64,000 bases of DNA from Okamejei kenojei (taxonomy: Eukaryota). The notes beneath the pieces are model-generated. The model was not told where the DNA came from and searched no databases. It saw nothing but the letters and a program-made list of their open reading frames with translations. The position numbers and the translations under genes are program-made. The DNA lies in contig CM069165.1 in NCBI GenBank assembly GCA_035221665.1, forward strand, positions 22,940,001 through 23,004,000. The letters run 5' to 3'. Below are positions 37,027 through 49,329 of the stretch, one piece after another (position 1 is the first letter of the stretch; every line of letters starts with the position of its first letter).

Positions 37027-38640
37027 ATGGGTGTGAAGGAAATTCACTTTAAACTGGACGGCCTGAAAACTGATCCAGCGGAAACCAGTGCTATTAATTA
37101 TCTTCCAGCACCCACGGATGTGCCCAGCTTGCAGAAGATACTTGGCATGACCAACAATTTGAGCAAATTAATTCCTGATTTCAGCAAAATATCAACCCCA
37201 TTGCGCCATCCCACACACAAAGACTCTGCTTGGACTTGGCATGTGCAACAACAGACAGCGTTTGACACTGTAAAATGGCAAATGTCGGCCACCCCTACTC
37301 TAGCGTACTTTGATCATAGACTGCCTATTACACTTACATGTGACGCCTCACAACATGGCCTGGGCACTGCATGCCTTCAAAGTGATGGCCATGGCAATAA
37401 GCCTGTCACCTATGCCTCGCGCACCGTGTCTGACACAGAACAACGAAACGCCTGAATCGAAAAGGAGTGTTAGCGGTTGTTTTCGCCTGCAAAAAGTTCA
37501 ACGATTTCATCTTTGGTCGCACAATTACAATTGTAACTGACCACCAACCTCTTAGAAACATAGAAAAAAGGTGCAGGAGTAGGCCATTCGGCCCTTCTTA
37601 TCAGCATTTTCAGTAAACCTATTCATAACTCTCCAGCGCACCTACAACGGATGTTACTACAACTTCAAAAATTTGACATCGTCCTGACCTCAAAATGTGG
37701 AAAGGATATGCACCTGGCAGACACTCTTTCACGTGCACCTCGGAAGACTTGCGAGGATCTACCCTCACAGGATGATGACTTTATCGTGATGTCCGTATCC
37801 TTCATCATGGATGGAGGACCTGGTTGCACACACTGCCTCCGACAAGACCCTACGGTCGCTAACTTCTGTCATTATGCACGGCTGGCCAGACATGCACTAC
37901 AACGTTCCATTGCCAGTATGACCTTTCTTCCCTGTTCGGGACGAATTAGTGCTACAAGACGGCATTGTTTTAAAAGGACACAAGGCCGTGGTTCCTGTTT
38001 TGCTGCATCATCAGTATTTTAACACTGTCCATGCAGGACATCCAGGTGCTGAAGCCACTTTTCATGGGCCAAAAGCATGTTTTACTGGCCTGGCATGGCC
38101 GAATACATAAACGACAATGTGGCAGCTCTGTGCCTCATCATCAAAAGCAACCACTTCTGCCACATCCTGTACCTGCGCTCCCATGGTCTACAGTGGCAGC
38201 TAATTTATTTGAATGGCATGGCAAGCAGTACCTGGTGTCGTGGATTCATATTCAGGATGGTTCGACATTGATTTTCTCAGCAGCCCCACTTCCAGTGGCG
38301 TGATTTCGAAATTATCTCGTCATTTTTCCATCCATGGATCTCCAGGCATGCTGTTGATTGACAATGGCAGCCAGTTCACCAGCCAACAATTCAGAGAGTT
38401 TGCCCGACGCTGTAATTTTCACCACATGCCAGCCGCCCTGAGTATCCCAGTCTAACGGGCTGGCTGAACGGGCTGTCACAACTCATGGAGCGCACTCACA
38501 GGGCTAAATCTGCCGTATTCCTGGATTTGCTCAACTTACGCAACATTTCCCGTGACCCTGCCTTGGGTTCGCCTGCTGAACGATTGTTGTCAAGGCAGAC
38601 CCGCACCCCGTTGCCCGTAGCAGAGCAAAAGTTAATCCCA
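37027..38640 (+). mobile_element. Gypsy/Ty3 pol relic (RT C-terminus, RNase H, integrase), frameshifted
   Basis: LTCDASQHGLG..PVTYASR..TDHQPL..RMLLQLQKFD..ADTLSRAP..HAGHPG..VDSYSGWF..DNGSQF..SNGLAER; a SINE/LINE tail of about 45 bp is inserted near 37552-37597. Confidence 0.9.
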
Positions 38641-39989
38641 CTTCTGACACCATGTTGGTTTGTAATAATAATGGCCTCACACCATGTCAGGTTATATAGA
38701 GTTGATTAGGAATAAGCAGCACAAGTTCTCGCTTGAGAGTTCACTTTAAGACTAACGGAATGCAGCAGACCGCGACATTAACAAGCTAGTGGGCGTAACT
38801 ACAAATACATGACTCATAGCATGAGCCACTATTCTCCAATACACATGGTCAACATGATACCTCTTAACTGGGCAACTATAAACTTTCAAACATTTCCTGG
38901 CAGTTGATCCCCGTTCTTCAACCAAACTAGACCCATGCTCTGTGTAAATACACAACTCTTGATCGCCAGTATTTCCCTTGAGCCTCCATTTTACCCCAAT
39001 ATTGCGAATGCCACAGCTCTGTGGATAATCTCTTGCTTTCTCTATCTCTCCTGGTCACTATTCTCCCAGCCTTGTATATTTTTCAGAGCTTTGGTTCCCA
39101 TAAAACACAATGGCATACTGCATTTTTGGTCAATACCTGATATTGTGGAACATAAATTGTGTTACTGTACATTTATGTAATATTCCAGAAACATTACTAA
39201 TGCGTCAGGTTATGTGACCAAATATTACAGAGGCCAAGAAGACGGTTAAGAAATGGCGCAAAAAATGTATGTACATTGCAAGTAGGTATACAATCCAATA
39301 AGTAAGATTTGACATTTTTTGTGGGAATCGAGATATCATGACATCAAATTATTAATAATAAATCAGTTACTATCATGAGTAATGTGTTACCTGTTAGCCA
39401 TGGAAAGTTTCCAGCATTGTATAAAAGAACATACTATTTCACGAGCAGATGATTGATGAGAGCAGCGCAATGATTTTAGGGAGCACTATAACCTGACCTT
39501 GAACTGAAATGTTTAGTTTGGTACAAATAAAACATTGCCTCACTCACAGTACCCATCAATCATAAGCCACTTCCGGTGAATAAGGCAAAATTCATCCTCT
39601 TGGATATCCACCCGAAATTCAAAAACATTCCGAGCATCAACAACCTGTGTTTGAGGTGCAGTGAAATATCGCAGGACATCTTGCAGAGTGTAATAAGGGA
39701 AAACAATATTTTTAAACCAAAGGAGAAGGAATCTCTCTTCTGGATTTATACCAGAGAAGAAGAATCTTTAAATCTCAGGTGTTGATATTTCTGGAGCCGA
39801 TATTGATCAGCAAGTATAGTAGGTAAAAGGTAAATGAGACTTGCTCCAGACTTGCTGCTGCTGGCAATGTCTGTGGCCATCCAGACTGTCTCTGGACTCT
39901 GGCTCAGATGAGTGTAGACTTCTGGGCAGGGTGATGAGCACAGGGTGATATGGCCCACTGTTGGCAGTAACATAATGATAACAGTGATT

Positions 39990-40297
39990 TTAGTTCCGTT
40001 TACTTTAGAGATACAGTGCGAAAACAAGTCCTTCGGCCTGCCAAATCCGCGCCAACCAGCGATCCCTGCACATTAACACTATGCTTGGGTCATAATTCTA
40101 CATTTATACCGAGCCAATTAACCTATGTCTTTGGCGTGTGGGAGGAAACCAAAGTTCTCGGAGAAAACCCATCCAGGTCATGGGGAGAACGTACAAACTC
40201 TGTACAGACAATTACCCATAGCCAGGATCGAACCTGGGTCTCTGGTGCTGTAAGCACTGTAAGGCACCAACCCTACCACTGTGCCACCATGCTGCCC
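39990..40297 (-). mobile_element. tRNA-derived V-SINE (HE1-like)
   Basis: Reverse complement of the same SINE consensus (gagaacgtacaaactc..ggatcgaacctggg). Confidence 0.82.
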
Positions 40298-40904
40298 TAT
40301 TAAAATGTTGAATTTGATATTTCCCTGTCCAAATTACAAATGGTAATTTCAAACTACTTTTACTCTAAAAAAATTGTTTGTTTAATTCTATGATCTGCAA
40401 CTCAAAGCAAGCAAGATTTCATCTTGAAGCAAGCAATAATATCACAGGCTCTTTAACATCTACCGTCATGGATGAATCTGGCCACTGGTTAAATCAAATC
40501 AGGGCAACAATATCAAAACGTCAACTTACATTGCATATTCAGGTCTTGGTGGCAAGTCTGAACCCATTACTCTTTGAATCAAAGATAAGAGTTCTAGTAC
40601 AGTCAAAGTTTGATGACTACTTGAAGTGGCTGATAGACATTGGTTTTATGCTTCATATAACATCTCTCAAATTGTAGTGTCAAACCAGACTACTTGCTCA
40701 AATCTATTTAGTAAGGTTTATACCCATAATGTGTTACCACTGAGCCAGGAATAGCAACTCTTATTAAAAGAGCAAAATCAAATCCCAATACTTCTATTTA
40801 CAGTGCCCTCCAAAATGTTTGGGGCAAAGACCCATCATTTAATTATTTGTTTCTGTACTCTACAATTTGAGATTTGTAATAGAAAAAAAAAATCACATGT
40901 GGGT

Positions 40905-41230
40905 TCAAATCAATTCAATGAACTTTATTTATCCGTTAGGAACTTTGGTTTCTGCAGCCATACAACAAAAAGAAACAATTTTACAAGACATACAACCAAC
41001 TCAATTCACACAGACATCCATCACAGTGAATCTCCTCCTCACTGTGATGGAAGGCAAAGTCTTGTCTCTCCCCTGCTCTCCATCCTCTCCCGATGTTAAA
41101 GCCCCCAGCGGGCGGTGGCGAGTCCGCTCCGGGTCGCTTTCAGCCCCGCAACTCGGGCGGGAGAAGCTGCCGCCACGGGAGCTCAGAAAAGCAGTCTCCC
41201 ACCAGGGACCCGCAAGCTCCCCATGTCACC
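40905..41230 (-). mobile_element. Short retroposon 3' end inserted in the Tc1 left arm
   Basis: Reverse strand ends aataaagttcattgaattgatttgaa; perfect 13-bp hairpin at 41017-41051; Tc1 arm sequence continues on both sides. Confidence 0.6.
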
Positions 41231-41318
41231 TTTAAAGTGCACACTGTCAGATTTTAATAAAGGCCATTTTTATACATTTTGGTTTCACCATGTAGAAATC
41301 ACAGCAGTGTTTATACAT

Positions 41319-41321
<3 letters not shown>

Positions 41322-41364
<43 letters not shown>
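41322..41364. repeat. Poly-C tract (about 43 nt)
   Basis: Directly visible; lies in the Tc1 left arm. Confidence 0.9.
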
Positions 41365-41431
41365 ACCCCCCATTTCAGGGCACCATAATGTTTTGGACAC
41401 AGCAATGTCATGTAAATGAAAGTAGTCATGT

Positions 41432-42466
41432 TTAGTATTTTGTTGCATATCCTTTGCGAGCAATGACTGCTTGAAGTCTGCGATTCATGGACATCACCAG
41501 TTGCTGGGTGTCTTCTCTGGTGATGCTCTGCCAGGCCTGTATTGCAGCCATCTTCAGCTTATGCGTGTTTTGGGGGCTAGTAGCCTTCAGTTTTCTCTTC
41601 AGCATATAAAAGGCATGCTCAATTGGGTTCAGATCGTGCGATTGACTTGGCCACTCAAGAATTGACCATTTATAAGCTTTGAAAAAAAATTGTTTTTTTG
41701 CAGTATGTTTGGGATCTTTGTCTTGCTGTAGAATGAACTGACGGCCAATGGGTTTTGGGGCATTTGTTTGAACTTGAGCAGATAGGATGTGTTTATACAC
41801 TTCAGAATTCATTATGCTACGACCATCAGCAGGTGTATCATCAATGAAGATAAGTGAGCCAATACCTTCAGCAGCCATACATGCCCAGGCCATAACACCC
41901 CCACCACCGTGTTTCACAGATGAGGTGGTATGCTTTGGATCTTGGGCAGTTCCTTCTCTCCTCCATACTTTGCTCTTGCCATCACTCTGATATATGATAA
42001 TCTTTGTCTCATCTGTCCACAAGACCTTTTTCCAGAACTGTGGTTGCTCTTTTAAGTACTTCTTGACAAACTGTAACCTGGCCATTCTATTTTTGCGGCT
42101 AACCAGTGGTTTGCATCTGGCAGTGTAGCCTCTGTATTTCTGTTCATGAAGTCTTCTGCAGACAGTGGTCATTGACAAACCCACACCTGACTCCCGAAGA
42201 GTGTTTCTGATCTGTCAGACAGGTGTTTGGGTAATTTTCTTTATTATAGAGAGAATTCTTCTGACATCAGCTGTGGCGGTCTTCCTTGGCCTGCCAGTCC
42301 CTTTGCAATTAGTAAACTCACCTGTGTTCTCTTTCTTCTTAATGATGTTCCAAAGAGGTGATTTTGATAAGCCTAAGGTTTGGCTGATGTCTCTAACAGT
42401 TTTATTCTTGTTTCTCAGTCTCATAATGGCTTCTTTGACTTTCATTGGCACAACTTTGGTCCTCAT
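41432..42466 (-). pseudogene. Tc1 transposase (about 344 codons) with one in-frame stop
   Basis: ORFs 42215..42481 and 41432..42184 are in the same frame, separated by TGA (CGA in the paralogous copy near 32531). Motifs GRPRKT, WTDETK, VKHGGGGVMAW, QQDKDPKH and SHDLNPIEH are present. Confidence 0.9.
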
Positions 42467-42626
42467 GTTGATAAACAGCAATAAAAGTTTCCAAAGGTGA
42501 TGGAAAGGCTGGAGGAAAGACTAGGTGCTGAGAGCTCTGCTATACCTGCATTAAAGAGGCAATTAAACACACTTGAGCAATTACAAACACCTGTGAAGCC
42601 ATGTGTCTCAAACATTATGGTGCCCT

Positions 42627-42790
42627 TGGTGGCGGTGGTGCAGCGATAGAGTTGCTGCCTTACATCAAAATGCAGCGCCAGAGACCCGGGTTCGATCCCG
42701 ACTACGGGTGCTGTCTGTATGGAGTTTGTATGTTCTCCCCATGTAGGTTAATTGCCTTGATTAATTGGCTTGATAAAAAAAAATTGTCCA
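42627..42790 (+). mobile_element. Deleted V-SINE inserted in the Tc1 right arm
   Basis: ggtggtgcagcgatagagttgctgccttac..gggttcgatcccgactacggg interrupts the TIR between ...ggtgccct and gaaatggg... Confidence 0.8.
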
Positions 42791-44369
42791 ACTTCCAGTG
42801 TTGAGTGATGCTCTACCTTGAGCTTTTCAGTGTACTACATCTAGATCCAGATCCATGAAATGGGGGGGGGGGGGGACTCTGTATAAACACTGCTGCAATT
42901 TCTACATGGTGAAACTAAAATGTATAAATGGCCTTAAATGAAATCTGACAATGTGCTCTTTAACCACATGTGATTTTTTCTATTACAAATCTCACATTGT
43001 GGAGTACAGAGGAAAATAAATAAATGATGGGTCGTTGTCCTAAACATTATGGAGGGCACTGTGTGTATTGGCAAATGTTCCAGGATATTTCACATGGCTA
43101 ATTGTTTAACATGGGTTGTAAATCCATGATGACATTTCATCATTAGTATTCCAGCACACGATGGGTACTTTCAAATCAAACGATACAAACATTAAAAAAA
43201 AATAAAGCTGGCCTCATCTATCATGTTTTCAATTACATTTGCTAACTAGTGAGGAAACAAAACAATATACAACTGTGAAACACTGTGCAGGGACATGCAT
43301 TTGGGCAATATCTAATTATTAAGAAGCTCCGTGAGTCAAGGTTGGGCCATAATATTCTACAGTCTCGGCTTGCTCGATTCGTTAGTTTAAGAAGAGGATG
43401 AGGCCAAATATATTTTCTGGGATTTATTCCAAAATTGTAAAGAGATAGATTTTACTTAAAGAAGGAAAGTCTCTACGTTGTAAGATGATCTCTCAATATT
43501 CCATGACTACTACCCAAGAACGCACTTATACTTACATTTTTAAAAATCTTCTCCACCTTCCAAAATATATTTGGAAACCTCCTTTGGAGCTTGGGATAAG
43601 TCGAGTGCAAATGTAGAACCTTGTTTATATGGAGAGATGATTGCAAAATTAGATTATTGCCTTGTAAAAGTTAAAGAAAATCCTATTACCAGCTTATTAA
43701 TTGGGTTATGCTTAGCTTTCTTGGCAGACTGGATAAACAGCAGGAGTTTCCTTTAACTTTTGTGGGGCACGTAAGGGAAATGTTTTCAATTCTTTGGTTT
43801 TTAAATACCTCACACTGTCAGTAGTAACTCTAGAATTTTCATTTAAAAGCTATCCCTAAATGAATGGCATTAAAGTAACCCTTTCCAAGTACTGAGGCCC
43901 AATAAATTAAAACAAACAAAACCCTACCAGAAAATAATTCATTCAGGCATAGGTAAGGCCAATCTCCCTCAGCTTCTGGACACATAGATGGCCTCTAACG
44001 TTAGGCCTCCCTGAATGGGTTTCAGGTTAGGATTGGGTTGATTCTGTACCTATGCATTTCCCCCAGGAAAGGCTCTGTACAGCCTCATAAAACCAGGCAA
44101 AATCAATACATCATTTATTCTTCTGATCAATCACCCATGATGTTTCATTCAGCTGTTTACCAGAGGGTCAATCTGATGGAATACTCATCTCAGAATAAAT
44201 TTGTTCACCTCTTACTTTTCCCATTCTCACAACTGCAGATACGAACCTGCTTGATTGGCAATGCGATAATTGCACCTTGCAACCTTTGTCACCAGAGAAA
44301 AGTGGCTGATACTGGAAGAATAAATGCCACTGAAACCAGATAAGTGCGAGAGAAAATCATGACAAAATG

Positions 44370-44710
44370 TACATCATGTACAAAATCACGAGAGGAACAG
44401 ATTGGGTAGATGCACGGAGTGGTTTTGCCCAGAGTAGGGGAACCGAGAACCGGAGGACATAGGTTTAAGGTGATGGGGGAAAGTTTTAATAGGATGGTAG
44501 GTGTACGGATCAAGCTGCCGGAGGAGGTAGTGGAGGCAGGTACTATCACAACTTTCAAGAAACATTTAGACAGGTACATGGAAAGTACAGGTTTAGAGAG
44601 ATATGGGCCAAATGCAGACAGGTGGGACTGGTGTAAACGGGACACATTGACCGGTTTGGGCAAGTTGGCCGAAAGGCCTGCTTCCAAGCTGTAAGACTCT
44701 ATGACTATGA
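44370..44710 (+). mobile_element. CR1 LINE 3' fragment
   Basis: ORF 44410..44694: RTGGHRFKV..KLPEEVVEAGTITTFKKHLDRYM. Confidence 0.85.
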
Positions 44711-45684
44711 AAACAATATTATGTAGGGTGGTTGAGATTAAGCGGAAGGAAACTCATGTGATTCATCACCAGCACAGTCCTGTTGGACTACCTGATGTGT
44801 TTCTGTGCTTGTTTAAGAAAGAACTGAAGATGCTGGAACAATTGAAGTTAGACAAAAAATGCTGGAGAAACTCAGCAGGCGAGGTAGCATCTATCGAGAG
44901 AACGAATAGGCGACGTTTCGGGTCGCGATCCAAACGTCGCATATTCCTTCTCTCCGTAGATGTTGTTTCTGTGCTTTATGACTAAGGGAAGATGAGGTTG
45001 GGAGTAATAAGTTGAGCCTTCACAACATTTAAAAATAAAATGGGAATTTTAATCAGTGAGATTTCTAATTAATTTTACAGTATTTTATGATTGGGGAAAA
45101 AAGTGCTGAGTATATTTGTAAACTTTTATTTGCTTCTTTTTAAACAAAAATACAGGCCACAATTGGGACACATTTCCACGATTCTTTTTTGCAGAGCCTT
45201 ACATGCACAAAGCACCAAGAACGAAGGATACTAGAGGAGCTCCTCCAGTATCTTTGCCAAGAATGCTGGCACGTTATCAACGTTGAAATACATTGCTACT
45301 TAACTATCTACCTGGTAGAAATATTGCTACTTAACCATCTACCTGAAACTCACTACAAGGACCAAGACCAGTCTCAACTAAAATCTGATTAAAAAAGAGA
45401 TGACCCATTTCTTAATCAACATCCACAGTTAGTTCAAGAGAGGCGAGGAAAAAAAAGTAAGTTTTGGCCCTGAATATGAACAATTAAGGCAAATGTTATA
45501 CATTTCTCCGCCACAGTGAAAATAAGCTAACAGTATTAATCAGAAATAAATCATTCTAGGCTTAAAATTTTATTTTTTCATCTGTGGAAAGTCATATAGC
45601 CAAGTGACTGAAGAGCAGTATCATTTGATTGGCATGACACATTAATACAAATCTCCACATTGAAGTACCATAAGTAAATGGTTT

Positions 45685-45965
45685 TGGTTAGGTTAGAGAT
45701 ACAGGTCCTTCGGCCCACCGAATCAACCCCGATCAGCGAACCCCACACACTAACACTACCCTACACACACCAAGGACAATTTTACCAAAGCCAATTAACC
45801 TACAAACCTGTACTCCTTTGGAGTAAACCCCGGTGGGAGGAATATGGAGCACCCAGGAGAAAACCCACGCGGTCTCAGGGAGAACGTACAAACTCCGCAC
45901 AGTCAGCACCTGTGGTCAGGATCGAACCAGGGTCGCTGGCGCTGTCAGGCAGCACCACCGTGCTG
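45685..45965 (-). mobile_element. tRNA-derived V-SINE (HE1-like)
   Basis: Reverse complement of the SINE consensus (gggagaacgtacaaactccg..ggatcgaacc). Confidence 0.8.
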
Positions 45966-47169
45966 GTCCCATGGGACCCAAAGATTATAAACTGACACTC
46001 GTATACAACATGTGTTGGAAGGAACAGCAGGTGGTGGTTTAAACCGAAGATAGACACAAGATGCTGGAGTAACTCAGTGGGACAAGCAGCATCTCTGGAG
46101 AAAAGGAATGAGTGACGTTTCGGGTCGAGGTCCTTCTTCAGACTAAGAGTCAGGGGAGAGGGAAGTGATATGGAAGGGTACAAAGAACATGCGAGGTGTG
46201 AAAAGGACAGATCAAACCAGCCAATGATCAAGGAAATTGTTGGATGAGGGGAAGCTAACAACGAGGCATACAAATTGTAAAATTAATCAGGAAAACTAGG
46301 GTGGGGGAGGGACAGAGAGAGGGAGAGCAATATGTTGAGGATGTCCTGCATTATCAGATGTTCAATTTTTCAGAGGAAGTGTTCAATCTTTTCTCTCAGA
46401 TGGACAGTGAACTTTGGGGTGCTTTCCCCCATTGCCCGAGCCAATTAAATCGAATAGATAGTTTTAAAGACAGATTATCAGATGGTTATTTCATTGGTGT
46501 ACGAGGGAATCAGCCTTGGGTAAAATTACTGCCGTTTCTCACCATGGCAGTGACTACACTACAAACATGCCCCCCCCCCCCCGGCTTTTAAAGACTTTGA
46601 GAGATTCCCAATAAAAAGACGAATTGGCATAATATGTAAATTTCAGTATTATTCTTTCTTTTTTTCAAAAATGTGGATGCACGCTTTTGTTTGTCTAGGT
46701 CAGGAGCCTTTTGGTTCATGCGATTTGTCTATAAAGTAACTGAACAGCCTAGCTTTATTCAGGATACCTTGTTATTTGAAAAGTCAAACAACTTTTAACT
46801 TTTCAGAAGTTCAAATTTGCATTTAATGCGTGCTTTAAACACCCCAGGATACGATAAAGATAATACCCCGATCAACATCTTTCCCTCAATCAGCCGCCAA
46901 GAACGGATTCGCCGGTTAATCATCTCATGTCTGATTATATGATATTGCTGTGTGTAATCTGGCAACTCCACTGGGTTATTTCCTACACACACACACACTT
47001 ATTATAGCAGGTACCAAAACTTCCAATTAGTATGGACTTGCAAAAGAAATGAAGCGGATTTTAAAAGTTGTATAAATATTGACACGGCTGTTTAAACATT
47101 TGCACTGAGTGAAAAAACTTGGATAATGATGTGTAATGCCGGTTAGAAAGTTCCAGTAAATCGTACCTA

Positions 47170-47445
47170 GGCCTTGCCTGTGCGGACAGCGCGGCTCAAT
47201 CCTTCTCCCTAACTAGGACTTCTTCTAGCTTTCACACAAACAACTACGCTCGCTTCCACTGAGGGAAAACTGAGCCGCTTCTTGGCTGTCATTCCACTAC
47301 CCAGAGGCGGGCCTTGCCCTCCTTCACCGCCCCCTCAGGCTCGCCGTCTAGACCAAGACTCGCTTTGTTTCAACTTCCCTGGGCTCAGTGAGAGACGTGC
47401 AGCTTCTCACACACCGCCGGTCGCTGCCAGCGCTGCGCCTCCGCT
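47170..47445 (+). promoter_or_regulatory. NUDT13: Probable NUDT13 CpG-rich promoter / 5' non-coding exon
   Basis: The most prominent non-repeat GC/CpG-rich stretch upstream of the NUDT13 ATG; contains GC-box-like GGCGGG and CCGCCC. Confidence 0.45.
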
Positions 47446-47779
47446 CCTCCGACCGGTGGGGGCGCTGCATCTGGCTGACCACCCCGGCTGCGCTGTTGGC
47501 CCTCTGGCCGGTGGGTGGCGCTGCATCTGGCTGACCACCCTATATCTGGCTGACCACCCCGGCTGCGCTGTTGGCCCTCCGGTCGGTGGGTGGCGCTGCA
47601 TCTGGCTGACCACCCCGGCTGCGCTGTTGGCCCTCCGGCCGGTGGGGGGCGCTGCATCGGGCTGACCACCTCGGCTGCGCTGTTGGTCCTCCGGCCGGTG
47701 GGGGGCGCTGCATCTGGCTGACCACCCAGGCTGCGCAGTTGGTCCTCCGGCCGGTGGGTGGCGCTGCATCTGGCTGACC
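47446..47779 (+). repeat. GC-rich 56-bp minisatellite, about 5.6 copies
   Basis: Unit cctccggccggtgggtggcgctgcatctggctgaccaccccggctgcgctgttggc starts near 47446, 47501, 47576, 47632, 47688 and 47744; copy 2 carries a 19-bp internal re-duplication. Confidence 0.95.
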
Positions 47780-48284
47780 GCCTCGCAGCGCAGCCGCAGT
47801 CCGGTCCAACCTCTCACACTGTGGGGTTTGGGGTCGAGAACCTTCTTCAGACTGAGAGTCGGGGGGAGACGGAGACACACACACACATTAGGAAGTGTAA
47901 GGTATGAAATACGACAGATATCGGCGAGACCAAGCGCAGGCTCGGTGATCGTTTCACTAAACTCCTCTGCTCCAGAAACCAGCACCTGCACTTCCTTCCT
48001 ACAACACACCCCTTTCGACCCGAAACGTCGCCTATCTCCTTCGCTCCTTAGATGCTGCTGCACCCGCTGAGTTTCTCCAGCATTTTGTGTAACCCTCGAT
48101 TCTCCAGCACCTGCACTTCCTTCCTACAACACACCCCATTCCCACCCTGACCTCTCTGTCCTTGGCCTCCCCCACTGTCACAGTGAGGCCCAGCGCAAAC
48201 GGCACCTCATATTTCTCTTGGGCCCAGAGGTATGAATATTGACTTCTCCAACTTCAGCGGTAGGGTTGCTGCCTTACAGCAGCA

Positions 48285-49308
48285 ACGTTACAAACTTTTG
48301 AGATTATAAAAATCAAGTCTGTAATTTATCCCATCAGATAAAGCATAAAAATAAGTTTAATTTGACACCTAATTCACTTTCATATCTTCAGCATTAAAAA
48401 AGTTATGGCCATTTTCATACTCTGAAATTAGCATCTAGTTCCCCATTGCCTTTCCATTGACTTAAAAGTTGTGATCGAGGACAGTCAAAAGCCCATAACT
48501 TTCTTAAAAATTAAGAGAACTGAAAGAAATTTTCTGTTATTATAGATTGAAGCATTCTGAAACAAATATGAAACAATCTTACTTGGATGACCTGAAATTA
48601 AAGCATATAATTAGTTAGCTACCCAATTGTAACTAATTACAAAATTCAATTACTAGATCTAAACATCTATCCATTTCTTAAGAAAACATAAACATTTTTA
48701 AATAGCCTAAGTGTCCAAATAACATTCACACAAGAATTCACAATATAACATGATTTTTAAATCTAATTGTCATGAATTTATGGGCCAAATTGAAGGAATT
48801 TAATGTTTAATTCCCATAAATTAATGGCCATTTAAATCATCTTGCGAGTGAGATTTTATGGAACTCGATCGATTGGAACGTTGCAGTTGCAGTGAACTTA
48901 AACCCCATATCGGCAGGAAAAATACTGCTGGTTCGTATGGGGAATAAATCATCGTTTCGCAACATGAAATTTGGATTAAGGTCATCTTAAGAAGCATGTT
49001 TATGTGTAAAATAAGCAGATTTCCTTTACCTCGTCCCCTACGTGAAATCCGTCCCCGTTGTCGGTGTTCACGGCATTCGAAGCAAATTTTTCTTTTACTC
49101 CAGCACTGAACTTGTCGGGCGATTAAAAATAAATTTCACAAACCGGCAGTCAGAACGAATCTTCAGCAAAAGGTCGCACTTCGAGAAAATATCACTCTGG
49201 AAGGCAGGGGAAAACCGCATTTGAACCCCGCCCCCCCCAAAGGCGCCAAAGTCGCGCACACGGCCAGTGGCAGACCTGCAGCGCCGCTGAAGGTAGGTTT
49301 TGTAACAT
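48285..49308. mobile_element. Unclassified non-coding element of about 1 kb with short inverted termini
   Basis: Ends acgttacaaac... / ...ttttgtaacat; interrupts a SINE head on the left; no credible ORF and no clear TSD. Confidence 0.55.
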
Positions 49309-49329
49309 ACCCACACACTGGCCTTAAGA

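Larger units (their letters stand above)
40801..43061 (-). mobile_element. Tc1/mariner DNA transposon with long (IR/DR-type) inverted repeats, nearly full length
   Basis: TA|cagtgccctcc...ggagggcactg termini; long inverted arms with an inner repeat (gggcaccataatgttt / aaacattatggtgccc); transposase on the minus strand; both arms are interrupted by later insertions. Confidence 0.93.

Noticed and set aside
41115-41435. Poly-Pro and poly-Gly ORFs
   Set aside because: They are translations of the poly-C tract inside the Tc1 arm.
43300-43760. Possible L1/Tx1 C-terminal relic (also near 39580-39790)
   Set aside because: Only faint motif resemblance; too degenerate to call without a profile search.
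47446-47779. Possible CRISPR-like array
   Set aside because: Units are contiguous tandem copies with no unique spacers and there are no cas genes; the context is eukaryotic.
47282-48063. Long ORFs on both strands (127 aa, 218 aa)
   Set aside because: They are by-products of the stop-poor GC-rich minisatellite and adjacent repeats, and the peptides are periodic.
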